NCBI RefSeq assembly: GCF_001194135.2
Contig: NC_068990.1
Location: forward strand, 78,826,961 to 78,862,624
DNA length: 35,664 nt
Direction of reading: 5' to 3'
Source: Octopus bimaculoides
Taxonomy: Eukaryota
Shown: piece by piece, positions 1-10,645 of the stretch
Numbering within the stretch: position 1 is the first letter of the stretch
Layout of the letters: every line of letters begins with the position of its first letter
The notes under the pieces: model-generated
What the model was told of the DNA's origin: nothing
Seen by the model: only the letters and a program-made list of their open reading frames with translations
The model's database searches: none
Program-made: the position numbers and the translations under genes

Positions 1-60
1 TATATATATATATATATGTATATATATACATACACGCATACATATAAGCATACATATATG
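1..60. repeat. (TA)n-rich microsatellite
   Basis: Direct reading of TA/TACA repeats. Confidence 0.9.
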
Positions 61-83
61 TTTGTATATACTCTCTTCCCCCT

Positions 84-600
84 TATCATCATCATGACCA
101 CTTTAGATTCCCAATGGAACATAGGCACCCCATTGTAGTTTTCCAAGGCTTGGCATGCCACTCCTGTTCTTTCTATCATAGAATTTGTCTATCTCTGGTT
201 ACAGTCTTTTAGTTGTTTTCACATGAGACGCTCCTGTGCTTTCAATCAGAGATCTTCATGACAAACATTTTCTTCATATCTAAACCGTAAGAAGTTTTTT
301 GGGGAAGATGATCCTCAATGTTAGGAACTTTCTCAGGATATTCGTATTCATCCACCTTGAGTCGATTCCACCGTATGACAATGGATTTAACGTGGCTGTT
401 GAGTATTTTCAGTTTAATACGACTTCAAAGATCCATTGAACCCAAATAAGTTTTACCAGTCTGAAGGCTTCACTCATTTTCCCAAGTCTCGCTTCGACGT
501 CCTCCTTTCTACTTTCAGTTATAAATATTACGATTCCTTGATACTTAAATCGTTACTTTTTGGTCAGCGAGTAATTTTCAATTATTACTGCTACAGTAGG
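84..600 (-). mobile_element. RTE-clade LINE 3' remnant (post-RT ORF2 region and tail)
   Basis: Minus-strand translation with frameshifts gives FKYQGIVIF..KEDVEARLGKMSEAFRLVKLIW..KLKILNSHVKSI..SYGG and ends ..EW..GCLCSIGN, then a (GAT)n tail at 84-95. This resembles the RTE pattern F.YLGS..DI..RI..A..AF..L..IW..KLKI....V.S.LLYG. Confidence 0.7.
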
Positions 601-668
601 ACCATCATCTTGAATTTTTAAAATTTCTGTTTTACACACACAGACATACACAGAGAGATAGACAGACT

Positions 669-670
<2 letters not shown>

Positions 671-732
<62 letters not shown>
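671..732. repeat. (CA)n microsatellite
   Basis: Perfect CA run. Confidence 0.95.
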
Positions 733-734
<2 letters not shown>

Positions 735-1298
735 AGACATCGAAACTGGCATATTATTTAAGATCGTATGGACCATGATGATGATAACGATGTTCTGACA
801 AACTCATTTCATAAGTGGTCTCCATAATATATACGTAGAGAAATACATAAATTCTATCAAGTGCAACGTTTACACTTCGTTGATCATACATTTTAGGTTA
901 GATCTAACTCCTGTCTCGTTTGCCTCATTCGTATCTCAACTTTATATTGTCTTCAATACTTCGTTCGTACACTTCCAGTTTAACGACCGTCGCTTAACGC
1001 CAGTTCGTTAAGTTGTTAAGTCACACCATTATTTCCACATCATCAACGCGTCCTTTTTCACGTTCTTCCATTCCTAGCCTCTCCTATGTTCAATTGAGCT
1101 GACAATTGAATGTACAAATGCTATGGGATGCATTCATTGCTCACTCAATTTGTTATAAGTTAATTGTGTGTTAAGTCAGTAGAAACTAATATTAGCTTTA
1201 TCCAGTTTAATCCATGGCTGAGCCTACAAAGAAAAGAAAACAGAAAATATAAATGAATGAATAAACGGGTATCAAAACACTTTTAGTAGGCTTACTGT

Positions 1299-1410
1299 AT
1301 GTGTGTATGTATGTACACACACACACACACATATATACACAGCCATTCATACACACACATACGTATATATATATACGTTTACATATATATAAATATATGT
1401 ATATATCAAA
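1299..1410. repeat. Compound TG/CA/TA microsatellite
   Basis: Direct reading; it also explains the low-complexity ORFs here. Confidence 0.85.
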
Positions 1411-1842
1411 ATTTCTATACACAAACACTCATATTATTTAATAAACACAATATATATTTTTATGCGTTACTATTAGTTTCATGCGATTAGAGTATGCCGG
1501 ACAGTATTTTTTAACATGTATGGTATCTCAACGCAATCTTCAGGTGCTGTCTACATGGCACAACACATTAAAAATTGGACGATAAGATGAGAGAAAACGA
1601 GAGAAAAGGCGAGATAGAAGTAGATACAAAAGGTGGAAGGATGAAAAATCGGAAAACGAAAAACAAAACAGGAAGTTTTTCAACCTTCTACCTTCTATAT
1701 TGACTTCTTTCTCGCCTTTTCCTTGCTTTTTCTTTCCTACTATCATCCCATTTTTAGTGTTATGTCATGAGGGAAATGCCTGAAGATTGCGCTCAGACAT
1801 CAGACGTGTTAAAAAATACTGTAAATGTATATATATATATAT

Positions 1843-2242
1843 TCATTTACTTGCTTCAGTTATTTGACTGCGGCCATACTGAAGCACCGCCTTTAGTCGA
1901 AGAAATCGACAACAGGACTTATTCTTTGTAAGCCTAGTACTTACTGTATCGGGTCCTTATGTCGAACCGCTAAGTTACGGGGACGTAAACACAAAACATC
2001 GGTTGTCAAGCGATGGTGGTGGTGGGGACAAACACAGACACACAAATACATACACATATATATATATATACGGACCGACCAAAGCCTTCTGAGTGGATTT
2101 AGTACACGGAAACTGAAAAAAGCTTTGGTCGGCCTGAAGCTATAGTAGAAGATACTTGCCCAAGGTACTACGCAGTGCGACTGAACACTGAACCATGTGG
2201 CTGGGAAGGAAGCTTCTTACCACACAGCCACTCCAACGCCTA
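1843..2242 (-). mobile_element. tRNA-derived SINE family A (CORE-like), near full length, with internal microinversion
   Basis: Minus-strand 5' end has A-box-like GTGGCTGTGTGGT and B-box-like GTTCAGTC, then CORE-like ACCTTGGGCAAGT, an internal TA/CA microsatellite and a 3' body ending in a TA run. A homologous copy lies at 8685-8849. Confidence 0.85.
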
Positions 2243-2596
2243 TAATTATATATTATTTATATAATAATATATCTTCCATTTAGAGTGACTAAACCTAAAC
2301 GATTGAATGAAAATAGATGAGTCGAACCACTGGGAATTGAACGCGACATCAATGCTTACATGGCTCCGTGCGCATTCAATTAAGCCACATCGACCACCCA
2401 TCAGTTTCAGCCAAATTTAATGTATAGATAATTTTTAGTCTTGTGGGATATGTGGCTGAATGACTGCGTCGGGAGCCATGTAAGCATTGATGTCGCGTTC
2501 AATTTCCAGTGGTTCGGCTCAACGTTTTTCAGTCAATCGTTTAGATTTAGTCGCTCAAAATGGAGCATAGGTTATTATATAAATAATATATAATTA
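2243..2596. mobile_element. Foldback/MITE-like palindromic element (arms 2243-2390 and 2450-2596)
   Basis: The left arm aligns to the reverse complement of the right arm over ~148 bp, for example GAACCACTGG(G/A)AATTGAACGCGACATCAATGCTTACATGGCTCC. Spacer ~59 bp; terminal TA dinucleotides. Confidence 0.85.
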
Positions 2597-3242
2597 CAGT
2601 TAAGCATCCTATTTTACGTTAGGCAATGGAATACATGATCCACCCTACCAGTTTTTAAGACGATCAGGTGAATTTCAATGACATTCGACTGTTATTTCTA
2701 ACAGATCAAACTACTTCATAGCGAGCTTTACAACGTAGTACGGAGAAATAAAGTGCAACCGTTGTGTTGCAACAATGACAGTGCTGACATCTAGATGTAG
2801 AACGACAGGGGTGGTGGTGGTGGTGGAGAGGAATGGATGTCGGTCAATTAAAGAATGAATGTCGAGTATTGTTCAGTTTGTCTGTATGTCGGTGTGAGTT
2901 TAGATTTCAATGACCCCCTCTACATATTCAACAGAAACTTCGAGAAAGGCCAAAAAATAAAAAACAAACAAACTATTTCCGTCCTACTCAGAGTTTGATT
3001 TTATTTTTTGTTTCTGAATTTTTAATAAATTTATTTAATTTTCTTGGATTTATTTTGGCTGTTTTTTTACCAGTTTTCTTCACTTTTCTTAATTTTTCTT
3101 GTTTATTTAAGAATTGTTTTTATTCAATGTCTTTATTTGGAGGGTTTGTGATTAAGAAACAATATTAACTGAACGGCGATGACTGAACCTCATTTCTTTC
3201 TTCCTTCAGCCGTTCTCCAGTCTTTCTTACTTTCTTTTATTG

Positions 3243-3277
<35 letters not shown>

Positions 3278-3316
3278 TCATTTCATTTCATTTCATTTCA
3301 TTTCATTTCATTTCAT
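3243..3316. repeat. (TTTC)n then (ATTTC)n simple repeats
   Basis: Direct reading. Confidence 0.95.
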
Positions 3317-3359
3317 TCCAGTCATATTTTAACTGATTTCATTTTGTTTGTGTCTTCTG

Positions 3360-3384
3360 CGTGCGTATGTGTACATACATACAT

Positions 3385-3422
<38 letters not shown>

Positions 3423-3545
3423 GTACGAGTACGAGTGTATGTACATGTGAATGTGCGTATGCGTGCATATGTGTGTGTCTGTGTTTGTGTGTGTATGTAC
3501 GCGTGTATGCGTTTGTGTGTATGTGTGCATGCTTGTGTGTGCGTG
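3360..3545. repeat. Compound (TACA)n/(CA)n/(TG)n low-complexity tract
   Basis: Direct reading. Confidence 0.85.
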
Positions 3546-3756
3546 ATCTAGTTTTATCTGAGAAATATATTTGGTTTTCATTAATTGGAAGGTCGCTTAC
3601 AACAACTGAATAGAGAGAGAGAAAAAAATCTAAAAGAAAAATAACTCCCCACCCCCCACGCAAAGACAAATAAAACAAAATAACGAAACAAATGTAATCC
3701 AGAATTTTTAAGGAAAATAGTTTTGTATTTTAGAAACGGAGAATGGTGAAAACACT

Positions 3757-3782
3757 GACAACAACAACAACAATACAAACGC

Positions 3783-3818
<36 letters not shown>

Positions 3819-3836
3819 AACAATAATAATAATAAT
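3757..3836. repeat. (ACA)n(ATA)n trinucleotide tract, probably the tail of the adjacent SINE
   Basis: Direct reading; abuts the SINE 3' end. Confidence 0.85.
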
Positions 3837-3979
3837 CCTTTCTGCTACAAACACAAGGCCTGAAATTTGGAGGAGGGGGACAGTCGATTAGATCAACCCC
3901 GGTACACAGCTGGTACTCAATTTATCGACCCCGAAAGAGTGAAAGGCAAAGTCAACCGCGGCGGAATCTGAACCATAAA
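3837..3979 (-). mobile_element. tRNA-derived SINE family B, 3' part (runs into gap)
   Basis: Aligns to 21041-21185: GGCCTGAAATTTGG..TTTATCGACCCCGAAAG..AAAGGCAAAGTC..GGCGGAAT.TGAAC. Confidence 0.85.
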
Positions 3980-5261
3980 NNNNNNNNNNNNNNNNNNNNN
4001 NNNNNNNNNNNNNNNNNNNNNNNNNNNNNNNNNNNNNNNNNNNNNNNNNNNNNNNNNNNNNNNNNNNNNNNNNNNNNNNNNNNNNNNNNNNNNNNNNNNN
4101 NNNNNNNNNNNNNNNNNNNNNNNNNNNNNNNNNNNNNNNNNNNNNNNNNNNNNNNNNNNNNNNNNNNNNNNNNNNNNNNNNNNNNNNNNNNNNNNNNNNN
4201 NNNNNNNNNNNNNNNNNNNNNNNNNNNNNNNNNNNNNNNNNNNNNNNNNNNNNNNNNNNNNNNNNNNNNNNNNNNNNNNNNNNNNNNNNNNNNNNNNNNN
4301 NNNNNNNNNNNNNNNNNNNNNNNNNNNNNNNNNNNNNNNNNNNNNNNNNNNNNNNNNNNNNNNNNNNNNNNNNNNNNNNNNNNNNNNNNNNNNNNNNNNN
4401 NNNNNNNNNNNNNNNNNNNNNNNNNNNNNNNNNNNNNNNNNNNNNNNNNNNNNNNNNNNNNNNNNNNNNNNNNNNNNNNNNNNNNNNNNNNNNNNNNNNN
4501 NNNNNNNNNNNNNNNNNNNNNNNNNNNNNNNNNNNNNNNNNNNNNNNNNNNNNNNNNNNNNNNNNNNNNNNNNNNNNNNNNNNNNNNNNNNNNNNNNNNN
4601 NNNNNNNNNNNNNNNNNNNNNNNNNNNNNNNNNNNNNNNNNNNNNNNNNNNNNNNNNNNNNNNNNNNNNNNNNNNNNNNNNNNNNNNNNNNNNNNNNNNN
4701 NNNNNNNNNNNNNNNNNNNNNNNNNNNNNNNNNNNNNNNNNNNNNNNNNNNNNNNNNNNNNNNNNNNNNNNNNNNNNNNNNNNNNNNNNNNNNNNNNNNN
4801 NNNNNNNNNNNNNNNNNNNNNNNNNNNNNNNNNNNNNNNNNNNNNNNNNNNNNNNNNNNNNNNNNNNNNNNNNNNNNNNNNNNNNNNNNNNNNNNNNNNN
4901 NNNNNNNTATATATATGTGTGTGTATATAATTAAGATTCAGTAGGTTTAGGTACTTAAATTGAGGCACCTTGCTAGTTTGGTATAATCTGTACACCCCAA
5001 CAATATTATTTGAATATAGAATATGAAGACTCCATGTAGGGGTATTTATACCCAATATTTCTGTCGTATATGTAGACAAGGCAATCCATCTAAGTGAAGA
5101 TATCCGCTCAGACTCTTACAAGATATAAAACATTTTGGAATTTATACTTGACGTCTTCTTTTTTTCAAGTTCAAATCCTTCAGGTGTGGATCTTGTTTCA
5201 TCTCGTTTCCTTTCAACTTTTGTCACAAGACCAGTAGTTTTGAGAAAAAAGGTTACTTGAC

Positions 5262-5405
5262 TACGTTGCCACCAATGCTTGACTGGTTCTTTATTCTATC
5301 GAACCTGAATGGATCAAAGGCAGAGACGAACTACTCGGCATTTGGATGCAGAATGTAAAATCCCGGAAGAAATGCTGCTAAGCATTTTGTCCGACGCACT
5401 AACTA
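5262..5405 (-). mobile_element. SINE family B, old diverged copy
   Basis: ACTGGTTCTTTATTCTATCGAACCTGAATGGATCAAAGGCAGAGACGAAC..GAAATGCTGCTAAGCATTTTGTCCGACG parallels 21115-21230. Confidence 0.6.
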
Positions 5406-6300
5406 ATAAGCACCAATAATATACGAAGTTGATTCAGTCGACAACACCCTTCCGTTGTTGATATTTGATTTGTGTTTAGTCCAAAAATCATTAAGAAGAA
5501 TTAAGATAGATTGCTAATTAATTGTATTACGCCTTCTCTTAGAAATATAGATTCTTTTCTTTTACTTAAAATACTCAAAACAAACAAACAAACAAACAAA
5601 TTCCACTCATTGCTCTTTCTCTTTTAATTAGCAGTTTTATTTATCATTCATAGGTTTTTGTCGACGATCTGATAGCGATTTAGAAAACAATTGTTTAATC
5701 ATTAAAAAGAACATCTGTGACCGATGGATTTTTAAAACAGGAATCAGCAAGCGCCTCGCATTGCTTTCGTGCTTTATTCTCCGTTAAAAATGAATTATTA
5801 ATGACGTGGGTAGTAGTTTTCAGCCAATCATTGTGTCGAGGCATCGGCAGATGTTACTTTGATTAGGCAGGATTTACAGTGAGAAACATATTTAGTTGAC
5901 TGTCGAATGAAGAAGAATCAGTCTATTAACATTACAGCTATTGTTAATCCATTTACATTGTTGTTATTTTTATTGGTTTTGTGTGAATGTGATTCTATTG
6001 AAAATATTTATCGCAAGGACGAGAGTTAAGCAATACTTTTCAAAGTTCTAACAATACAAAACAGAAATATATCACATTATTATGTTTGGCTTGTTGCTGT
6101 TTTACTTCATTTCATCCATGATCGAGCAGACATATGATCAAAGACATTCCAATACTGACCACCCATCCTACACTTTTAGAGACACAGGGTTTTTCGAGGT
6201 ACCTTCTAAAAAACACTGCAGAGTATGAGTTGGGGAAGATTTCATCGGTGTTTTTAGCAGATCGAGTCACTGGTCCATCTGTTCATTTATCTATTATGAC

Positions 6301-6405
6301 TTACTTCTTCAGCTGCCGAGCCGCAGGCCTACCACCTTGTTCGGGCTAATCTTGGCTCTTGACATCGCTTCATATTTCTTCATCCTGCAATCAACTACCG
6401 TGGTA
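6301..6405 (-). mobile_element. Short L1/Tx1-like ORF2 RT fragment
   Basis: Minus-strand translation TTVVDCRMKKYEAMSRAKISPNKVVGLRLGS*RSK resembles the L1/Tx1 post-YADD motif ..YE..SGAKIN..KS.GL.LG.W. Confidence 0.5.
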
Positions 6406-6599
6406 GTACCGGGCCCGAAAGTCCTCCAAAACAGATCTGCTAGTTCATCTTCGTTGATCCATAGAGTTTCCCAATGGATTTCTTACCCACCACTAAATTT
6501 CTATATATTGCTAACATAGGATTATCTCTATGTATGTATATAGGTGATTGTTTCCTTCAGGTATGATCAACAAAAGCAAAGTACTCCATCTAGTGAAAG

Positions 6600-7164
6600 A
6601 TATGTACGCAAAAAAGACTGTCCTGAAATAAACTTAGAAAATCCCCCTGTTATGGAATACATTTATAAACACCAACTCAAGGAATACTGGTGGAATATTC
6701 CCATCAAAACTCCTGTTAAATGTTAACATAACAGACCGGATATTGTTGTTTGGGATAGAGGGGCAATGGTATGTGCCATCATAGAGGTTAGTTACCCTGC
6801 AGATATAAATATATCATTGAAGATCAAAGAAAAAATATCTATGGACAACTGTTTCGAAATCTCCAGCTTCTATATCCAGACTATGAATTCATATTCATAC
6901 CAATAATAATTGGAGCACTAAGTTTTGTTAGTAAATGGTTAAAGGAGAATCTGGATAAACTGGAATTTTCAGAAAGGGAAATCGACCGGCTAATTCGTAC
7001 ATTACTAGTGCAATGTGTGAGTGGAACAGTAAAAATATGCAGGACTTTTCTCAAGTTCCAAATGTGAATTTGTGTTGACTACATCCCAAAGATGTATTCT
7101 TGTATCTTTGTTGGAAACCGATTCCTTCCTCAGTGGAAGATTTATAATAATTTAAAAAATAGAA
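6600..7164 (+). mobile_element. 5'-truncated RLE-endonuclease non-LTR retrotransposon (R4/NeSL-like C-terminus plus 3' UTR)
   Basis: Translation ..KEYWWNIPIKTPVKC*HNRPDIVVWDRGAMVCAIIEVSYPADINISLKIKEK, then a frameshift, then YGQLFRNLQLLYPDYEFIFIPIIIGAL..GTVKICRTFLKFQM* (stop ends 7067). Contains the PD..E..K restriction-like endonuclease motif. Second copy at 32202-32497. Confidence 0.85.
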
Positions 7165-7609
7165 TATATATATGTATATATATATATATGTATATATATA
7201 NNNNNNNNNNNNNNNNNNNNNNNNNNNNNNNNNNNNNNNNNNNNNNNNNNNNNNNNNNNNNNNNNNNNNNNNNNNNNNNNNNNNNNNNNNNNNNNNNNNN
7301 NNNNNNNNNNNNNNNNNNNNNNNNNNNNNNNNNNNNNNNNNNNNNNNNNNNNNNNNNNNNNNNNNNNNNNNNNNNNNNNNNNNNNNNNNNNNNNNNNNNN
7401 NNNNNNNNNNNNNNNNNNNNNNNNNNNNNNNNNNNNNNNNNNNNNNNNNNNNNNNNNNNNNNNNNNNNNNNNNNNNNNNNNNNNNNNNNNNNNNNNNNNN
7501 NNNNNNNNNNNNNNNNNNNNNNNNNNNNNNNNNNNNNNNNNNNNNNNNNNNNNNNNNNNNNNNNNNNNNNNNNNNNNNNNNNNNNNNNNNNNNNNNNNNN
7601 NNNNNNNNN

Positions 7610-7676
<67 letters not shown>

Positions 7677-7730
7677 CATAAACACAGGTGTGTGTGTGAG
7701 AGAGTGTATGTAAGAGAGAGAGAGAGAGCT
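7610..7730. repeat. (CA)n plus short (TG)/(GA) runs
   Basis: Direct reading. Confidence 0.9.
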
Positions 7731-8684
7731 CACCTTATTAAGCTTCTCACAAAAGAAGCGAATGTTATATTTCCTTATAAGTTGCTGTGTAGGTGTTTTG
7801 GTTGAAGTCCTCAACCTGTCGTTGTTAATCACTGAAGGTCGTCGGTAACCTTTCATATCGTCAAGGCTCTCGTCTCATTTATAAAATTTCTACACTTTTT
7901 GGCGGTCTTTTATCAAAATGCAGCCAACAGTTTCTGGTACTTTTCCGTTCCATTTGTCCTTCCTTAATAAAGTTCTCGAATTGGCTTTTGTCTATCTTAA
8001 TTGGACAGCCTAAACCAAGAAGAAACATCCAAGGTAAAAAAAAATATTAACATCGATCAATAAACGGAAACCCGTGTTTCACAACGATACATCACATGAT
8101 CATAGTTAAATAAAAGTATATTTTAAAATATACTTTCCCAAACATCAAAGTTTGAAATATGAAACACCGCGCTTAACTTTGCACCAGTTTAACACACACC
8201 CGCGCACACACACACAGACATACACCCATACACATTACACTCACACACACATTATGTGTAGGTCTTTAAATTAAGAATATTTATTTACAGTGAAATTGTA
8301 AACAAGTTCGTCAGTAAAATTTTTCTGTTCAAAGTTAAGAAAGACCCTTCCCCACTTTCCCAACCATGCCTAAACTTTTATTAATTTTGAAGTCGAAATA
8401 TTGAATATTTATTAAATTAAACCAATTACGTGATCTAAAGTAAAATAAAGAAACATAAATGGCTTACATATCGATTTCAATGTTTAAACAATATTATCAA
8501 TATGAACAGCGTATTTGTATTGACTTCCACAATCAGAAATATTTAACAACAATACATTGCTAAAGTCGGTTTGTTGGTGACAGACAAAGATGGGACTTAA
8601 AGAAATGCAATCACGTTATTAAAAATATTCAACTTCGTGCTTCTCAGTTCAAATTCTTCTGGAGTTGACTCTGCACACACACTT

Positions 8685-8849
8685 ACGACGGGCTTCTTTC
8701 AGTTTCCGTCTACCAAATCCACTCACAAGGATTTGGCCGACTCGAGGCTATAGTAGAAGACACTTGTCCACGGTGCCACGTAGTGGGACTGAACCCAGAA
8801 CCGTGTGGTTGGTAAGCAAGCTACTTACCACACAGCTACTCCTACGCCT
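8685..8849 (-). mobile_element. SINE family A, 5' half
   Basis: Minus strand reads AGGCGTAGGAGTAGCTGTGTGGTAAGTAGC..GGGTTCAGTCCCACTACGTGGCACCGTGGACAAGTGTCTTCTACTATAGCC; homologous to 2071-2242. Confidence 0.85.
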
Positions 8850-9003
8850 GGAAATTTATATGAGAGAAAAGGTTGAGTTCTATTTAATCCTTTTACTTCG
8901 TGGAGTGGGGGTCCAAAGTTAGATTTCTAATAAAGATTCTTCATATTAAATTGGTAACTTACTGTTGTATTTTTCGAATATGAAAATGTTACAAGTATAA
9001 GGT

Positions 9004-9291
9004 TTGTTAGGAGCATTTATAGAACACATACAGAAAACAGATTGCATCACATGTCAGGGGCAGAAACTAGGAGTAGTTAATAGCTTCCGCTACCTAGGCG
9101 ACCAAGTCAGTAGTGTAGCGGCTAGAATAATAGCGGCCTGGGCAAAGTTCAGGGAGATCCTACCTCTGCTGGCAACTAAGGGCCTCTCACTCAGGATGAA
9201 AAGTAGACTGTATGATGCATGTGTGCGAATTGCCGTGCTACACGGCAGAGAAACATGGGCCATGACAGGCGAGGACATGCGTAGGTGGAAA
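9004..9291 (+). mobile_element. RTE-clade LINE ORF2 fragment (post-RT region), cut by foldback element
   Basis: ORF ..VVNSFRYLGDQVSSVAARIIAAWAKFREILPLLATKGLSLRMKSRLYDACVRIAVLHGRETWAM.. matches the RTE pattern F.YLG..RI..AW.KF..L.P.L....SL..K..LY..CV...LLYG.ETW. Confidence 0.85.
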
Positions 9292-9293
9292 TA

Positions 9294-9660
9294 GCACAGA
9301 GGTAAGTCTAAAACATTTCAATTTAAGAAAGAATTTAATAGAAATGATTTTTAAAAAATATTTAAAATATTATATATATATATTAAAAAAAAAAAAGATA
9401 TTACCGGTTTCGATGAATCTCTTCATAACAAATAACAGTAAAAATTTATAGAAATTTGAAGTAAAAACAGTTTATCTTCTTGACCCCAGACAGAAGATAA
9501 ACTGTTTCTACATCAAATTGTAATAAATTTTTGCTGATATTTGATAAATTGAGATTCCTCGAAACCGGTTATATCTTGTTTATATAAATTTTTAAATAAC
9601 TTTTAAGATCATTCTTATAAAATTCCTTCTTAAATTAAAATGTCTTAGACTTATGTGTGC
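9294..9660. mobile_element. Foldback element flanked by TA (arms 9294-9480 and 9492-9660)
   Basis: Arms are reverse complements from GCACA..AAGTCTAA to CAGTTTATCTTCT, with an 11-nt loop. TA at 9292-9293 and 9661-9662. Confidence 0.85.
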
Positions 9661-9728
9661 TAATTCTACCTCCACCCTTTATATATAAAAAATTGGTTTG
9701 TATAGATCTCTAATCTTTTTTCACCCTG

Positions 9729-9757
<29 letters not shown>

Positions 9758-9759
<2 letters not shown>

Positions 9760-9830
9760 AAGAGTTACGGAATGGAGTATTGGAAATCCAGGCTACATAT
9801 GTTTCCCATACTCCATTCAGTAACTCTTGT
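9758..9830. repeat. Short hairpin, 29-bp arms with 2 mismatches, 15-nt loop
   Basis: ACAAGAGTTACGGAATGGAGTATTGGAAA versus reverse complement ACAAGAGTTACTGAATGGAGTATGGGAAA. Confidence 0.85.
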
Positions 9831-10035
9831 GCTACTTTTCGCACACTCGGCAACTTTGATTGTTTATCGAAGAATATAAAAAGAACTTTTTTTCAGCTCA
9901 TCGTTCTTCGATAAATGAAAAGAATTCTGCAACCTTCCGTCTCAATAAACCACTACTGTTCCTGAAAGTTTCTTTTTTACATTCACTACGGATTTCTTGA
10001 AGCTAACTTTCTTCCTACACCTCGATCCCTGGATC

Positions 10036-10104
<69 letters not shown>
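10036..10104. repeat. (TATC)n(TA)n microsatellite
   Basis: Direct reading. Confidence 0.9.
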
Positions 10105-10108
<4 letters not shown>

Positions 10109-10548
10109 AGTATATTTGTCACTTAAATGTGGCGGTCCCATAGGGAACGATGCTACTGTTGTTTTTAACCCCAGGAGGACATCTCCTCCAGCTGGCTAAC
10201 GGCACACTATCTGTGTCTGATTAGTTTTTACGAAGGGAAATCATCGTCCCCATCTCTAGCCTTACGTGATACACACAGACCCGGGTTTCTGAGTAGTAAT
10301 CCGTCATCAGTGTGTGATAATCACGAGCTAGCGATGAGAACTCATTCCAATGCAAAATACTATGTAACCCGTGTCTGTGTGTATCACGTAATGCTACAGA
10401 TGGGGACGATGATTTCCTTTCGGAAATACTAATCAGACACAGGCAGTATGTCGTTAGCCAACTGGAGAAAATGTCCTCCTGGGGCTATAAACAACAATAG
10501 CATCGTCCCCTATGGGACCGCTACATTTAGGTGGCAAATATACTTTAC
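10105..10548. mobile_element. Foldback element (arms 10105-10287 and 10366-10548) with central hammerhead motifs
   Basis: The 183-bp arms align as reverse complements without large gaps (roughly 85-90% by eye), for example GGAAATCATCGTCCCCATCT.TAGC.TTACGTGATACACACAGAC. Confidence 0.9.
10272..10316 (-). ncRNA. Minimal type I hammerhead ribozyme candidate
   Basis: Minus strand: CACACA-CUGAUGA-cggauuacuacuca-GAAA-C-ccgg-G-UC-UGUGUG. Intact core, GUC triplet, perfect 6-bp stem I, palindromic stem III (ACCCGGGU); stem II weak. Confidence 0.65.
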
Positions 10549-10604
10549 GATTCCGTACTGCTACTATTTACGTCTCGCTTAGAGATTTAATATTTCTTGT
10601 TTCT

Positions 10605-10645
<41 letters not shown>

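Noticed and set aside
9004-9310. Exonised RTE fragment using the donor AG|GTAAGT at 9301
   Set aside because: The donor lies in the foldback arm, an in-frame stop precedes it, and there is no transcript evidence.
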